Below, in pieces: positions 40,223 through 49,470 of a DNA stretch of 64,000 bases. Numbering within the stretch: the stretch's first letter is position 1; every line of letters begins with the position of its first letter. Source of the stretch: Acidobacteriota bacterium (GTDB taxonomy: Bacteria > Acidobacteriota > UBA890 > WLXD01); assembly GCA_965248695.1 (NCBI GenBank), contig CBDFKD010000002.1:2944001-3008000 (forward strand), written 5' to 3'. The position numbers and the translations under genes were made by a program. Below the pieces are notes generated by a model, which saw only the letters and a list, made by a program, of their open reading frames with translations, searched no databases and was not told the DNA's origin.

Positions 40223-42346
40223 TTGAACGGTCGTTGGTCACTGACTCGGGGACTCGGCTGCTCGCTGCTGCTCGCGACCATGGTGCTGTCGCCTGAAGCG
40301 GCGTGGACCATCGGCGCCTCGCAAACGCCCACCGTGGTGGACGACGCGGCGATGGCCAACGAAACGCAGGGCGACAACTGGCTGGCGTTCGGCCGCACCT
40401 ACAGCGAGCAGCGTTTCAGCCCGCTCACCCAGATCAACTCGCTCAACGTCGCCGACCTGTCGGTCGACTGGTACCTGGATCTGCCGACCGACCGCGGGCT
40501 GACCTCCACCCCGCTCGTCGTCGACGGCATTCTGTACTTCATCGGCAGCATGAACGTCGTGCGCGCGGTCGACGGTGCTACCGGCAGGATGCTCTGGGAG
40601 TACGACCCCGACATCGTCGGCAACGCCGCCCACCGCATGCGGTCCGGGTGGGATCACAACCGCGGAATCGCCTTCTGGAAAGGCAAGGTCTACGTCGCTA
40701 CCTGGGACGGTCGACTCAACGCCGTCGACGCCGCCACCGGCGAGGAGCTGTGGAGCGTGATGACGGTCGATCCGTCCGCGCACTACTACATCACGGGGGC
40801 GCCGAAGGTCTTCAAGGGCAAGGTACTGATCGGCAACGGCGGTGCCGATCGCGGCGCCTCGCGCGGCTACGTCACCGCCTACGACGCCGAGACCGGCGAG
40901 CAGGCCTGGCGCTTCTGGATCGTCCCCGGCAACCCAGCCGACGGCTTCGAGAACGACGCCATGCGGATGGCCGCCGAGACCTGGACCGGAGAGTGGTGGA
41001 AGCTCGGGGGCGGCGGCAATTCCTGGCACGGCTTCACCTACGACGCCGAGCTCGATGCGCTGTACATCGGCACCGGTAACGGCGCGCCCTGGAACCAGAA
41101 GCTCCGCAGTCCCGGCGGCGGCGACAACTTGTTCCTGTGCTCGATCGTCGCCCTCGATCCCGACACCGGCGAGTACCTCTGGCATTACCAGACCACGCCG
41201 GGTGAGACCTGGGACTACAACTCCAACATGGACATCGTGCTCGCCGACCTCGAGATCGACGGACGCGAGGTCAAGGCGCTTCTCCACGCCCCCAAGAACG
41301 GCTTCTTTTACGTCATCGATCGGGAAACCGGAAAGCTACTCTCGGCGGAGCCGTACGCCGAAGTGAGCTGGGCCACGGAGATCGATCTGCAGACCGGGCG
41401 CCCGGTCGAGGTTCCCGGCGCCCGCTACGGGGACCGGCCGGCCCGGATCACCCCCTCGTACGCCGGCGCCCACAACTGGCAAGCGATGTCCTACAACCCG
41501 CTCACGGGGTTGACGTACATCCCCGCCATCCACCTGACGATGATGTTCAGCGACGAGGGCATCGATCTCGAGAGCTGGCAGCCCGGCCCGCGTCAGGGCG
41601 CCGGGGTGCGGGCGACCAGCGTCGGATCGCCGCGGTCGGACGGAGCCTCCGGTTCGTTGCTCGCATGGGATCCCGTACGCCAGCAGCTTGCCTGGGAGGT
41701 TCCGCTGACCGGCCTATGGAACGCCGGCACGATGACGAGTGCCGGCAACTTGGTGTTCCAGGGTCGCACCGACGGAGCCTTCGCCGCCCACAGCGCCCAG
41801 ACCGGCGAGACGCTGTGGACCTTCGACATGGGCTCCGGGATCTCGGCGCCCCCGATCACCTACATGATCGACGGGCGCCAGTACGTGGCCCTCCTGGTCG
41901 GCTGGGGTGGCGTGTGGACAGGGATCGGCGGAGCCGAGGCGGCGGCGCCCGGATGGGCGTACGGCGTTCATCCGCGGCGTCTTGTGGCGTTCTCGCTCGA
42001 CGGCGACACTGAGCTGCCGCCCTCGCCGCCACCCATGGTTCCGGTGCCGCTGCATGCCCCCGACTTCGTCGTCGATGAAGCCCTGGCTCAGCAAGGCGCC
42101 AGGGAGTTCGGCGTCGGCTGCGGCGGCTGCCACGGTGGGCTGGTCGCGGGAGGTCAGGCGCCCGACCTGAGGGCGTCGCTCGTGGTGCTGTCAGACGTTG
42201 CGTTCGCGACGGTCGTCCGCGACGGCTCCCGCCTGGCTCGCGGGATGCCGGCCTATCCCGAGCTCACCGAACAGCAGCTCCTGGCGATGCGTCACTTCAT
42301 CCGCGCTGTGGCGGAGCGCGACGCGACAGAATCAAGCGCCCGATAG
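40223..42346 (+). CDS. PQQ-dependent quinohemoprotein dehydrogenase, paralog 2
   Basis: Collinear with 36226-38376; CGGCH haem motif. Confidence 0.92.
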   Translation: MNGRWSLTRGLGCSLLLATMVLSPEAAWTIGASQTPTVVDDAAMANETQGDNWLAFGRTYSEQRFSPLTQINSLNVADLSVDWYLDLPTDRGLTSTPLVVDGILYFIGSMNVVRAVDGATGRMLWEYDPDIVGNAAHRMRSGWDHNRGIAFWKGKVYVATWDGRLNAVDAATGEELWSVMTVDPSAHYYITGAPKVFKGKVLIGNGGADRGASRGYVTAYDAETGEQAWRFWIVPGNPADGFENDAMRMAAETWTGEWWKLGGGGNSWHGFTYDAELDALYIGTGNGAPWNQKLRSPGGGDNLFLCSIVALDPDTGEYLWHYQTTPGETWDYNSNMDIVLADLEIDGREVKALLHAPKNGFFYVIDRETGKLLSAEPYAEVSWATEIDLQTGRPVEVPGARYGDRPARITPSYAGAHNWQAMSYNPLTGLTYIPAIHLTMMFSDEGIDLESWQPGPRQGAGVRATSVGSPRSDGASGSLLAWDPVRQQLAWEVPLTGLWNAGTMTSAGNLVFQGRTDGAFAAHSAQTGETLWTFDMGSGISAPPITYMIDGRQYVALLVGWGGVWTGIGGAEAAAPGWAYGVHPRRLVAFSLDGDTELPPSPPPMVPVPLHAPDFVVDEALAQQGAREFGVGCGGCHGGLVAGGQAPDLRASLVVLSDVAFATVVRDGSRLARGMPAYPELTEQQLLAMRHFIRAVAERDATESSAR

Positions 42347-42410
42347 CCGTCTCGTCCCGGGGAACGATCCGCTTCGGGACGAGGTGGACCAGATGCGGGT
42401 CGACGCTTGA
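42345..42410 (+). pseudogene. Possible C-terminal remnant of a VapB antitoxin
   Basis: ...DEVDQMRVDA-TGA overlaps the vapC TTG start and resembles DLDxMRxD VapB tails. Only about 60 nt separate it from the upstream gene. Confidence 0.45.
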
Positions 42411-42805
42411 TCCTGCCGGACTCCTCGGTGTGGATCGACTACTTCAACGGCATCGACTGCCCCGAGACCGACCGCCTGCACGAGCTGTTGGCCGCGGAGC
42501 TCGTGGTGGTCGGGGACCTGATCCTGCTGGAGATCCTGCAGGGCTTCCGCACCGATGGCGGCTGCCGGACTGCCCGGGGTTGGCTCGTTCAGATACCGTT
42601 CGCAGAGCTCGGCGGACGCCAGGTGGCGCTGGCCGCGGCCGGCAACTACCGCCGCCTGCGCCGCAAGGGCGTCACGGTGCACAAGACCATCGACGTCGTC
42701 ATCGCGACGTACTGCATCCTGAACCGGCACCCGCTCCTGTACACGGACCGTGACTTCGATCCCATGGTCGACCACCTGGGTCTGACATCGGCGCTGGCAC
42801 AGTGA
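42407..42805 (+). CDS. vapC: VapC-like PIN-domain ribonuclease toxin
   Basis: DSSVWIDYF, EILQG, LRRKGVTVHKTIDVVIA, LLYTDRDF. Confidence 0.9.
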   Translation: MILPDSSVWIDYFNGIDCPETDRLHELLAAELVVVGDLILLEILQGFRTDGGCRTARGWLVQIPFAELGGRQVALAAAGNYRRLRRKGVTVHKTIDVVIATYCILNRHPLLYTDRDFDPMVDHLGLTSALAQ

Positions 42806-42853
42806 AACCACGCGCGGTACTGGGCCTGATGGCGATGATGTGCGTAGCGGCCG

Positions 42854-44317
42854 CTAGCGGCCCGACTCTGCGATCCGATAGAGACGGGACGCCGTGCGGA
42901 GAAACAGGCTGCCACGCACCATTGCCGGCGTCGCCATGATCATCTCGTCGAGGCTGTTGACCCCGAGCACCTCGAACTCGGCGCCGGCGCTGATCACGTA
43001 GGTATCGCCATCCTCGCTGGCTGCGAAGATGCGGTCGTTGTAGGCCCAGGGCGAGGCGGTGTAGGCGGTGGCTGCCGAGATCCGCCGCTTGTCGTAGACC
43101 TCGGCACCGGTACGCGCATCGTGGGCCGTCATGAAGCCACGATCGTAGAGAGTGTAGTACTGGTCGCCGTACACCAGCGGCGACGGGTTGTAGGGCGCTC
43201 CCTGCCCCAGCGACCAGGCGACGTGGTCGTTAGAGTTCTCTCCTGCCTGCACCGAGATATCGCCCGCAGCGCCCGGCCGGATCGCGTAGACCGGGCGATG
43301 CTCGTCGCCAACGTAGCCGGACGCGAGGTACAGCAGCCCGAACTCGGTGAACGGGGTTGGAATCGTTATGGAGGACATTCCGGCAAGCTCCCACAGGAGC
43401 TCGCCTTCGAGGTCATAGGAGCGCACCCGGTCGGTGCCCGAAGTGACCACCTCGGTACGCCGCTCGTTCGCCCATATGAACGGCGTCGCCCAGTTGGTCC
43501 CCTCGTCGCGCAGCACGGTCCAGAAGTCCTCGCCGGTGACGGCATCCACTGCGCTCATGAACGACTGATCGTCGTTGTCGTTGACGATGTAAAGGCGTCC
43601 CTCATGCAGCGCCGGAGAAGCCGCCGTGCCCCAGCCGAAGCGCGTCTCGACCATCGGCCAGCGCCGCTCCCACAGCATCTCACCGTCAAGGTCGAGTGCG
43701 AACAGGCCGACGTTGCCGAAGTAGACGTAGATCCGCTTGCCGTCGGTGACCGGGGTCTCGGAGGAATAGCTGTTCTTGAGGTGGCGAGGCATATCGGGAA
43801 CGCCCGCGTGCAACTCCGTTTCCCAGCGCAGCTCACCGGTATCGACATCGTAGGCAAATGCGACCCAGCGGTGAGGGTCCGTCGGGATCGGCCGTTCGCC
43901 GCCGAAATAAAGTCCGGGAGTCGGCTCCTCCCCGGGTACGGTGCTGACCACCGACGTCACCACGACCAGGTCGCCCGTGACGATCGGCGAGCTCCAGCCC
44001 ATCCCCGGAACACTGGACGTCCAGACGACGTTGTCCGTTGCGCTCCAGCTGATCGGCAGCACCGGGTCGGCTGCGATGCCACGCGCGCCAGGCCCGCGAA
44101 ACTGGCGCCATTCCTGAGCCTCGGATACCAGATCTCTCGACGCCTGCGCCGTTGTAGCGGACGCCTCCTGCTGGACTCCGTCGGGGTTTTGCGCCAGAGT
44201 CGCCAGCGGCAGTGCCACGGCGGAGAGGACAACAACCTGCCCTGCCCGCCGGAGGAGAGGAGCCGTGGATCGTGGAAAACGGGCACTCGGGGCGAAGCTG
44301 TCAGGCATTGCAGCCAT
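42854..44317 (-). CDS. PQQ-like/BamB-type beta-propeller secreted protein
   Basis: WRQFRGP, GWSSPI, SETPVTDG, WGTAASP, WATP, YTASP, ATPA...LFLRT; start uncertain. Confidence 0.85.
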   Translation of the reverse strand: MAAMPDSFAPSARFPRSTAPLLRRAGQVVVLSAVALPLATLAQNPDGVQQEASATTAQASRDLVSEAQEWRQFRGPGARGIAADPVLPISWSATDNVVWTSSVPGMGWSSPIVTGDLVVVTSVVSTVPGEEPTPGLYFGGERPIPTDPHRWVAFAYDVDTGELRWETELHAGVPDMPRHLKNSYSSETPVTDGKRIYVYFGNVGLFALDLDGEMLWERRWPMVETRFGWGTAASPALHEGRLYIVNDNDDQSFMSAVDAVTGEDFWTVLRDEGTNWATPFIWANERRTEVVTSGTDRVRSYDLEGELLWELAGMSSITIPTPFTEFGLLYLASGYVGDEHRPVYAIRPGAAGDISVQAGENSNDHVAWSLGQGAPYNPSPLVYGDQYYTLYDRGFMTAHDARTGAEVYDKRRISAATAYTASPWAYNDRIFAASEDGDTYVISAGAEFEVLGVNSLDEMIMATPAMVRGSLFLRTASRLYRIAESGR

Positions 44318-44504
44318 CCTTTCCCTTCTGTCGTGCACCAACTCCGAGAACGCTCCGATGGAGCATCCTATCGGAGAGTGGCAATCTCACGGGGGTGGTC
44401 CCGGAGCCCAACGGTACTCGACACCGACCCAGATCGACAAAGACGTTCAAACCGGCGCCGTCCCGCGGGCGGCGCCCCGAGGAGAGGAAAATGGTCGCGA
44501 CTAG
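44265..44504 (+). pseudogene. N-terminal remnant of a PQQ glucose-dehydrogenase-like gene
   Basis: GEWQSHGGGPGAQRYSTPTQIDKDV (about 44373-44447) parallels GEWHYYGGDKGFTRYSPLDQINSENV of the 17340-19322 protein, then similarity stops. Confidence 0.5.
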
Positions 44505-45348
44505 AGCTCTTCGTTCCACCGTGGGGTTGATGCTGTTCTGCCTGTTTGCTGCCGCAAGCGCACACGGGCAAGCCCCATCGGGGCGGATCTACAACACGGT
44601 GAAGCAGAAGCTCATGGACGGGCAGCCGGTCGTCGGCGGCACGGTGACGTCACCGGACCCCAACATCTACTGCGCCATGGCCAACTCCGGGTTCGACTTT
44701 CTCTGGATCGAGATGCAACACAGCCCGCTGGGCTACCAGGACGTCGCGCGCATGATCTGGGCCTGCCGGGGTGCGCCGGCGATTCCGTTCATTCGCGTTC
44801 CGGACGCGCACGAGGGCGACATCCAGAAGGCAGTCGACATCGGAGCGCTCGGGATCGTCGTACCGATGGTCGCCACGGCCGAGAAGATGGAGCGGGCGGT
44901 GCGCTTCGCCAAGTTCCCGCCACTGGGCGAGCGCAGCCAGGGAGGCGGCCAGTACGGGGCGCTCTGGGGCGACGACTACCGAGCGACCGCAAACGACAAC
45001 ATCATGGTGGTCGCCATGATCGAACAGCTTACCGGCGTCGCCGCGGTCGAGGAGATCGCCGCCGTCCCCGGGGTCGACGCGGTCTTCGCCGCGGCCACGG
45101 ATCTCGGGAGCTTCTCGGGTAAGCGTCAGGGCGATCCGGAGTTCGAGGCACTGGTGGTGACGATCCGCGATGCAACCTTGGGCGCTGGCCTGGCGCTCGG
45201 CGGCCCGCTAGGGTGGGCGAACCGCGAGGGCTTCAACTTTTTCCAGGCTGCCGACGACACCTACCTTGTTCGCCTGGGAGCGCAAACGGCGTTGGAGAAC
45301 GCCGGCGACGGAATCGCCAGAATCGAAGGCACGGAGCAGCAGCGGTAA
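44491..45348 (+). CDS. HpcH/HpaI aldolase family protein with signal peptide
   Basis: GFDFLWIEMQH, FIRVP, DIGALGIVVPMV, KFPPLGERS, AMIE, EEIAAVPGVD, DL; leader LMLFCLFAAASAHG-Q; ATG follows GGAGAGG. Confidence 0.88.
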   Translation: MVATRALRSTVGLMLFCLFAAASAHGQAPSGRIYNTVKQKLMDGQPVVGGTVTSPDPNIYCAMANSGFDFLWIEMQHSPLGYQDVARMIWACRGAPAIPFIRVPDAHEGDIQKAVDIGALGIVVPMVATAEKMERAVRFAKFPPLGERSQGGGQYGALWGDDYRATANDNIMVVAMIEQLTGVAAVEEIAAVPGVDAVFAAATDLGSFSGKRQGDPEFEALVVTIRDATLGAGLALGGPLGWANREGFNFFQAADDTYLVRLGAQTALENAGDGIARIEGTEQQR

Positions 45349-45417
45349 ACCGCTCGGCTGGACGGTGCTCGGACCGCAGGCCCGAACCGACGCTCGCCAT
45401 GAGGGCGGGGGCCGTAG

Positions 45418-45831
45418 TCAGGACAACGCCACATGCGGACGCACACTATCGACCGTCGTCCGCGCGGCCGTCCTCGCGCGCTCGGCGTCGGCACGATCGT
45501 AGAAGCCCGTCGGTGTCAGGTCTTCGGCACCGTAGAAGGCGATCTCACGGTCACGGCGCAGGTCCTTGGAGATCGCGGTGAGCTCGTCGAGCCGATCCCG
45601 GACCGGCTGTGGCAATCGATCCTGCTCGGCGATCAGCACGCCGGAAACGTCGTGGATCCGTGGCGGCACCACGCCGTGGGCCCGCAGCAAGCCCTTCAAA
45701 GCGAGCTCGACGATCTCCTGCGACTCGCGCACCACGTCCGCCCAGCTGCCTGCTTCGAACAGGACGTCGAGGGCGCGCAGCCGCACATCGGCGCGCCAGA
45801 CGTGGTCCTGTGCCAGGTTCCGGTCATGCAT
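45418..45831 (-). CDS. HEPN domain protein
   Basis: SQEIVELALKGLL, PRIHDV, LRRDREIAFYG; 3 nt downstream of the MNT gene. Confidence 0.85.
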   Translation of the reverse strand: MHDRNLAQDHVWRADVRLRALDVLFEAGSWADVVRESQEIVELALKGLLRAHGVVPPRIHDVSGVLIAEQDRLPQPVRDRLDELTAISKDLRRDREIAFYGAEDLTPTGFYDRADAERARTAARTTVDSVRPHVALS

Positions 45832-45834
45832 CCA

Positions 45835-46380
45835 TCAGGCCGCCTCCATCCAATAGGGATGGCCGTCGATGAGGCGACGGATGATACGGCCTGCGGCGAT
45901 GTCGGCGCGCACACGTGCCAGGCGCCGCGACACGGCGACCTCGCGCTCGAACAAGACCAGCCCGTCAATCGCCGCCTCTGCCCAGATGCCGGCGACGACA
46001 TTGTCGGCGGGAGGCAGGCTGACGAAATGCGGCTCCACTGGCCGACCGTCCCAGGAAACGGGTTCAGCGTCCCAGCGACGATACAGCTCTCGGGTCACCT
46101 GCGCTCCTTCATCGACCACGACGAGCAAATCCACGTCTGAGTCGGCGTGCATCTGGGCGCGGGCCCACGAACCGAAGCCGATCACGCCGGCCAGAGCCTC
46201 GCCGGCGACGCTCGCGGCGCGCGTGACGGCTGCCAGCGCACCGGCATCTGCCATCGACCCGGAGGGCGAGGCGAGCTTGCGTGCGCAGTACTCGTTCAAC
46301 GACAGCCCGGCACCGTCGGCCGCCCGTCGAAGCGCTGTGTGGAGCGCGGGTTCGATGCGCAGGAGGAATCGACCCGACAT
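45835..46380 (-). CDS. HicB-like RHH domain fused to a minimal nucleotidyltransferase (MNT)
   Basis: SGRFLLRIEPALH...A...GLSLNEYC (RHH), followed by FGSWAR....DSDVDLLVV (Pol-beta NTase motif). Confidence 0.85.
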   Translation of the reverse strand: MSGRFLLRIEPALHTALRRAADGAGLSLNEYCARKLASPSGSMADAGALAAVTRAASVAGEALAGVIGFGSWARAQMHADSDVDLLVVVDEGAQVTRELYRRWDAEPVSWDGRPVEPHFVSLPPADNVVAGIWAEAAIDGLVLFEREVAVSRRLARVRADIAAGRIIRRLIDGHPYWMEAA

Positions 46381-46382
46381 GG

Positions 46383-46436
46383 TGATATCATTCATCAACA
46401 GTTAATGATATCAGTTCGACATCTATACTGATATCA
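46383..46436. promoter_or_regulatory. Three TGATATCA palindromes at 23-bp period, probable operator of the RHH-MNT/HEPN operon
   Basis: TGATATCA at 46383, 46406 and 46429 in an AT-rich patch directly upstream of the ATG. Confidence 0.75.
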
Positions 46437-46465
46437 CAACTGGAATCCGCCGGCGTGCCGTACGG

Positions 46466-47536
46466 CTACTCCCCGCCGCTTCTTTCCTCGTAGCGGGCGC
46501 CGCGCAGCACGTTCTCCAGCGAGTAGTTGCCCTCGTGGCAGGCGTACTCGTACAGCGGTTGATCGAAACGCTCGAACGGAATCTCGCCGCCCCAGACGCT
46601 GGTGTACATCGTCGGGTCGTCGATGGTGAACTCGTAGTGGATCGTGTTCTCGCCCACGCGCGTGAATCGCTCGGTCACCTTCCGCTGCGCAGACGGCGGC
46701 ACACCGCGGAATGCATGGTCTGGTTTCAGGTTGGTGGTTTCGACCACCAACGTGTCGCCCTCCCATCGACCCCACGAGTCACCGAACCAGGGGCGCATGC
46801 CCGGCGGCTGTGACGAAGGGTCGCCGAGCCGGATGATCCGCACGTCGTGCACCATCTCCGTCATGATCAGGACGTGGTCGGCGTTCTGTACGATGGTGTA
46901 GTTGTTGTTGTACCAGTAGTTGGGAACCATCGGCGGGCCGGCGTTGGAGCCGAACGACACCAGGCAACGCTGTGCCAGCGGTAACAGCTCCGGATGGTCC
47001 TGCGGACCGAACTGGTCGCGGAACTCCCGCAGCGCCTCGACACGCTCCTCGCCCTCGGCCGTCAGATCAGGCACCAGGCCGTCCGGAGGATCGGTGACCA
47101 AGGAGCTCCGGGACTCGCCATTGACGACAGCTACCCGCTCGCCAGGCTCCCGATAGACCTCGTTGTAGCACCCCGTGGCGGTGTCGATACAGACCGGATA
47201 CTCGCCACCGGACGGCGGCGGAGCACGATCCGGATCGCTCGGCGCGCTGCCCGCTACGACCTCGGCCGCCTGACCCGCCTCGATGGCAGCAACCTGTTCG
47301 ACAGTCAGAACGGCCCCCTGTCCCTCCGGGCGCTGAACTGGCGTGAGCGTGGCGTTGGTCCAGTTGCCCTGCAGATCAGGGTGCCCGTGCGGCGTGCGCG
47401 GCACCTCCCAAACGGCGCCGGAGGAGGCGCTCTGCGCCACCGCTGGAACGAGTGAGGTCGAGACGAGCCCTGCTACCGCGACGACGACGATTGCACAAAG
47501 GCGAAGCTGCATCCAAGGCCGCGAGATCGCGTTCAT
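46466..47536 (-). CDS. Conserved hypothetical secreted protein (RTPxGxPDLQGxW / EYACHEGN family)
   Basis: Signal peptide; RTPHGHPDLQGNW, GDSWGRWEGDTLVVETTN, ERFTR, YEYACHEGN. Confidence 0.8.
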   Translation of the reverse strand: MNAISRPWMQLRLCAIVVVAVAGLVSTSLVPAVAQSASSGAVWEVPRTPHGHPDLQGNWTNATLTPVQRPEGQGAVLTVEQVAAIEAGQAAEVVAGSAPSDPDRAPPPSGGEYPVCIDTATGCYNEVYREPGERVAVVNGESRSSLVTDPPDGLVPDLTAEGEERVEALREFRDQFGPQDHPELLPLAQRCLVSFGSNAGPPMVPNYWYNNNYTIVQNADHVLIMTEMVHDVRIIRLGDPSSQPPGMRPWFGDSWGRWEGDTLVVETTNLKPDHAFRGVPPSAQRKVTERFTRVGENTIHYEFTIDDPTMYTSVWGGEIPFERFDQPLYEYACHEGNYSLENVLRGARYEERSGGE

Positions 47537-47853
47537 GTTGGCTCCTGTGCGCCGGTGGCCGTTTTACAGTACATAGACTCTTTCACAAGCACCACGGGCT
47601 CGAAACCGATGGCACTATCGACCCCCGCGTGTTCTGAAGATCTGGGGGTCGTGCTCATTGTCCTCACCAGCGGCTATGGGATCAGCTATTGCGGCGGCCG
47701 GCCAACGCGGCATCCCCGCCGATGGTTACACCTCGGAGGGCCGGAAGAAGGAGTCGGCGCCCGCCTCGGCTTCTTCCCGGAAACGACGCGCATGGGGTCG
47801 ATCAGCGGTGCCGTAGAGTCCCTCGTTCGCGGCATCGGTATCATCGTGGAGAG

Positions 47854-49470
47854 CTAGACCGTAAGGCCGTCGGCCGCGTCCTCAGTACCGGACCCGGGGC
47901 CGGCCTTCCGGTCATCGGGAGCAGTAAGCGCCTTCTCGTCGGACCGCAGCGATCTGGTCAGCGAAACAGCCATCGCTACCCCGGCGAACAGGATCGGGAA
48001 CGACGCCAGCAGCGAGGCCAACCGGATGATCTGCAGTCCGCCGACGAACAGCATGAACAGCGGCAACGCGCCCAGTATCAGCGCCCAGAACAGCCGATGC
48101 GAACGACCCGGGTTGTCGTCGGCGTGGAGCTCTCGAGTCACCGTCGCGGCGATCGTGTAGGAGGCCGAGTCGTAGCTCGTGGCGGCAGACACGACGCTCA
48201 CCACCAGCAGGATCCCCAGCGCCACGACGCTCACCGGCAGCGTCGCGATGATCTTGGCCGTCGCCACGCTCATGCCGGCGTCGGCGAGAACGTTGCTCAC
48301 CGGCAGAAGGTTCTCGAGCTCCAGGTACAGCGCGTAGTTTCCGAGGACGAAGAAGGATACCCAGCAGCCGCCACTGCCCAGACAGGTCATCCCCACAATC
48401 ACCTGACGAAGCGTGCGCCCACGAGAGATCCGGGTCACGAAAGTACCTACCACCGGGGCGAAGGCGATCCACCAAGCCCAATAGAAGACTGTCCAGGACT
48501 CGACGAAGCCGGTGTTCTGGATCGGGTCGGTCCAGGTCAGCATGCGAACGAAATTCGTTGTCATCATGCCGAGTGTCTCGGTGGTCAGCTCGAGAATGAA
48601 CAGCGTCGGCCCGACCACGACGATGTAGGCGAGGAGCAGCCCGAAAAGCACCACGTTGAGATCACTCAGACGCTTGATGCCGGCCTCCAGGCCGAGATAC
48701 ACGCTAACGCCGAACAGCACGACGCAAACGCCGATCGCGAGTGCCTCCAACGCGAACGACGTGCCAATACCGAGCAGCTCGGCGGTGCTCGCCGCGACCA
48801 ACGGCGCGATGAACCCGAGCGAGGTGCCGGCACCACCGAGAATTCCGAGTACGGCGGTGAGGTTCACCAGACGGCCGAAAAAGCTTCGATGCCCGTTCGC
48901 ACCAAGCAATCCGTGGCAGGCGGTACTGGCGCACAGGTGGGGCACCCGGTTGACGTAGAACGGGTAGGCGATCGCCACGGTCGGCAAGGCGTAGATACAC
49001 CACGCGACGATCCCCCAATGGAACGGACCATAGGCCGTCGCCCAGCTGATCGCCTCGGCCGACTGCGGCTCGGCCCCGAACGGTGGATTGTTGTAGTAGG
49101 CGACCCACTCCACCGCCCCCCACGACACCAGCGCCGCTCCGGTGCCGGCACAGAACAACATGCCGCCCCAAGAGAACGTCGAGAAATCGGGCTCCTGCTC
49201 CTCGGCGCCGAGGCGCACCGAGCCGAAGCGTCCGAACGCGATCCACGCCAGGAAGACGATGACCCCGACAGCGAACCACTGGTAGAGAAAACCGAAGTGG
49301 CTCGTCAGTCGGTCGTACAGGTCGGAAACGAAGTCACCTGCGCGCTCGGGCGCAAGCCCCAGAGGGACACAGATGGTGCCGACGACGACTAGCACGACGG
49401 AGAGCATCAGCCAGTCGATCTGCGGCGCCAACGCGCCCCGATCGACCGTCTCCCCGGCCGGCTGATTCAA
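47854..49470 (-). CDS. BCCT family (betaine/carnitine/choline) transporter
   Basis: PDFSTFSWGGMLFCAG, FHWG..AW.IY, GIKRLS, WTVFYWAWWIAFAP..G.F.TRISRGRT; TTG start overlaps the upstream TGA. Confidence 0.92.
   Translation of the reverse strand: MNQPAGETVDRGALAPQIDWLMLSVVLVVVGTICVPLGLAPERAGDFVSDLYDRLTSHFGFLYQWFAVGVIVFLAWIAFGRFGSVRLGAEEQEPDFSTFSWGGMLFCAGTGAALVSWGAVEWVAYYNNPPFGAEPQSAEAISWATAYGPFHWGIVAWCIYALPTVAIAYPFYVNRVPHLCASTACHGLLGANGHRSFFGRLVNLTAVLGILGGAGTSLGFIAPLVAASTAELLGIGTSFALEALAIGVCVVLFGVSVYLGLEAGIKRLSDLNVVLFGLLLAYIVVVGPTLFILELTTETLGMMTTNFVRMLTWTDPIQNTGFVESWTVFYWAWWIAFAPVVGTFVTRISRGRTLRQVIVGMTCLGSGGCWVSFFVLGNYALYLELENLLPVSNVLADAGMSVATAKIIATLPVSVVALGILLVVSVVSAATSYDSASYTIAATVTRELHADDNPGRSHRLFWALILGALPLFMLFVGGLQIIRLASLLASFPILFAGVAMAVSLTRSLRSDEKALTAPDDRKAGPGSGTEDAADGLTV

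Noticed and set aside
47555-47857. 100-aa ORF between the secreted protein and the BCCT gene
   Set aside because: No recognisable motif or RBS; cannot be supported
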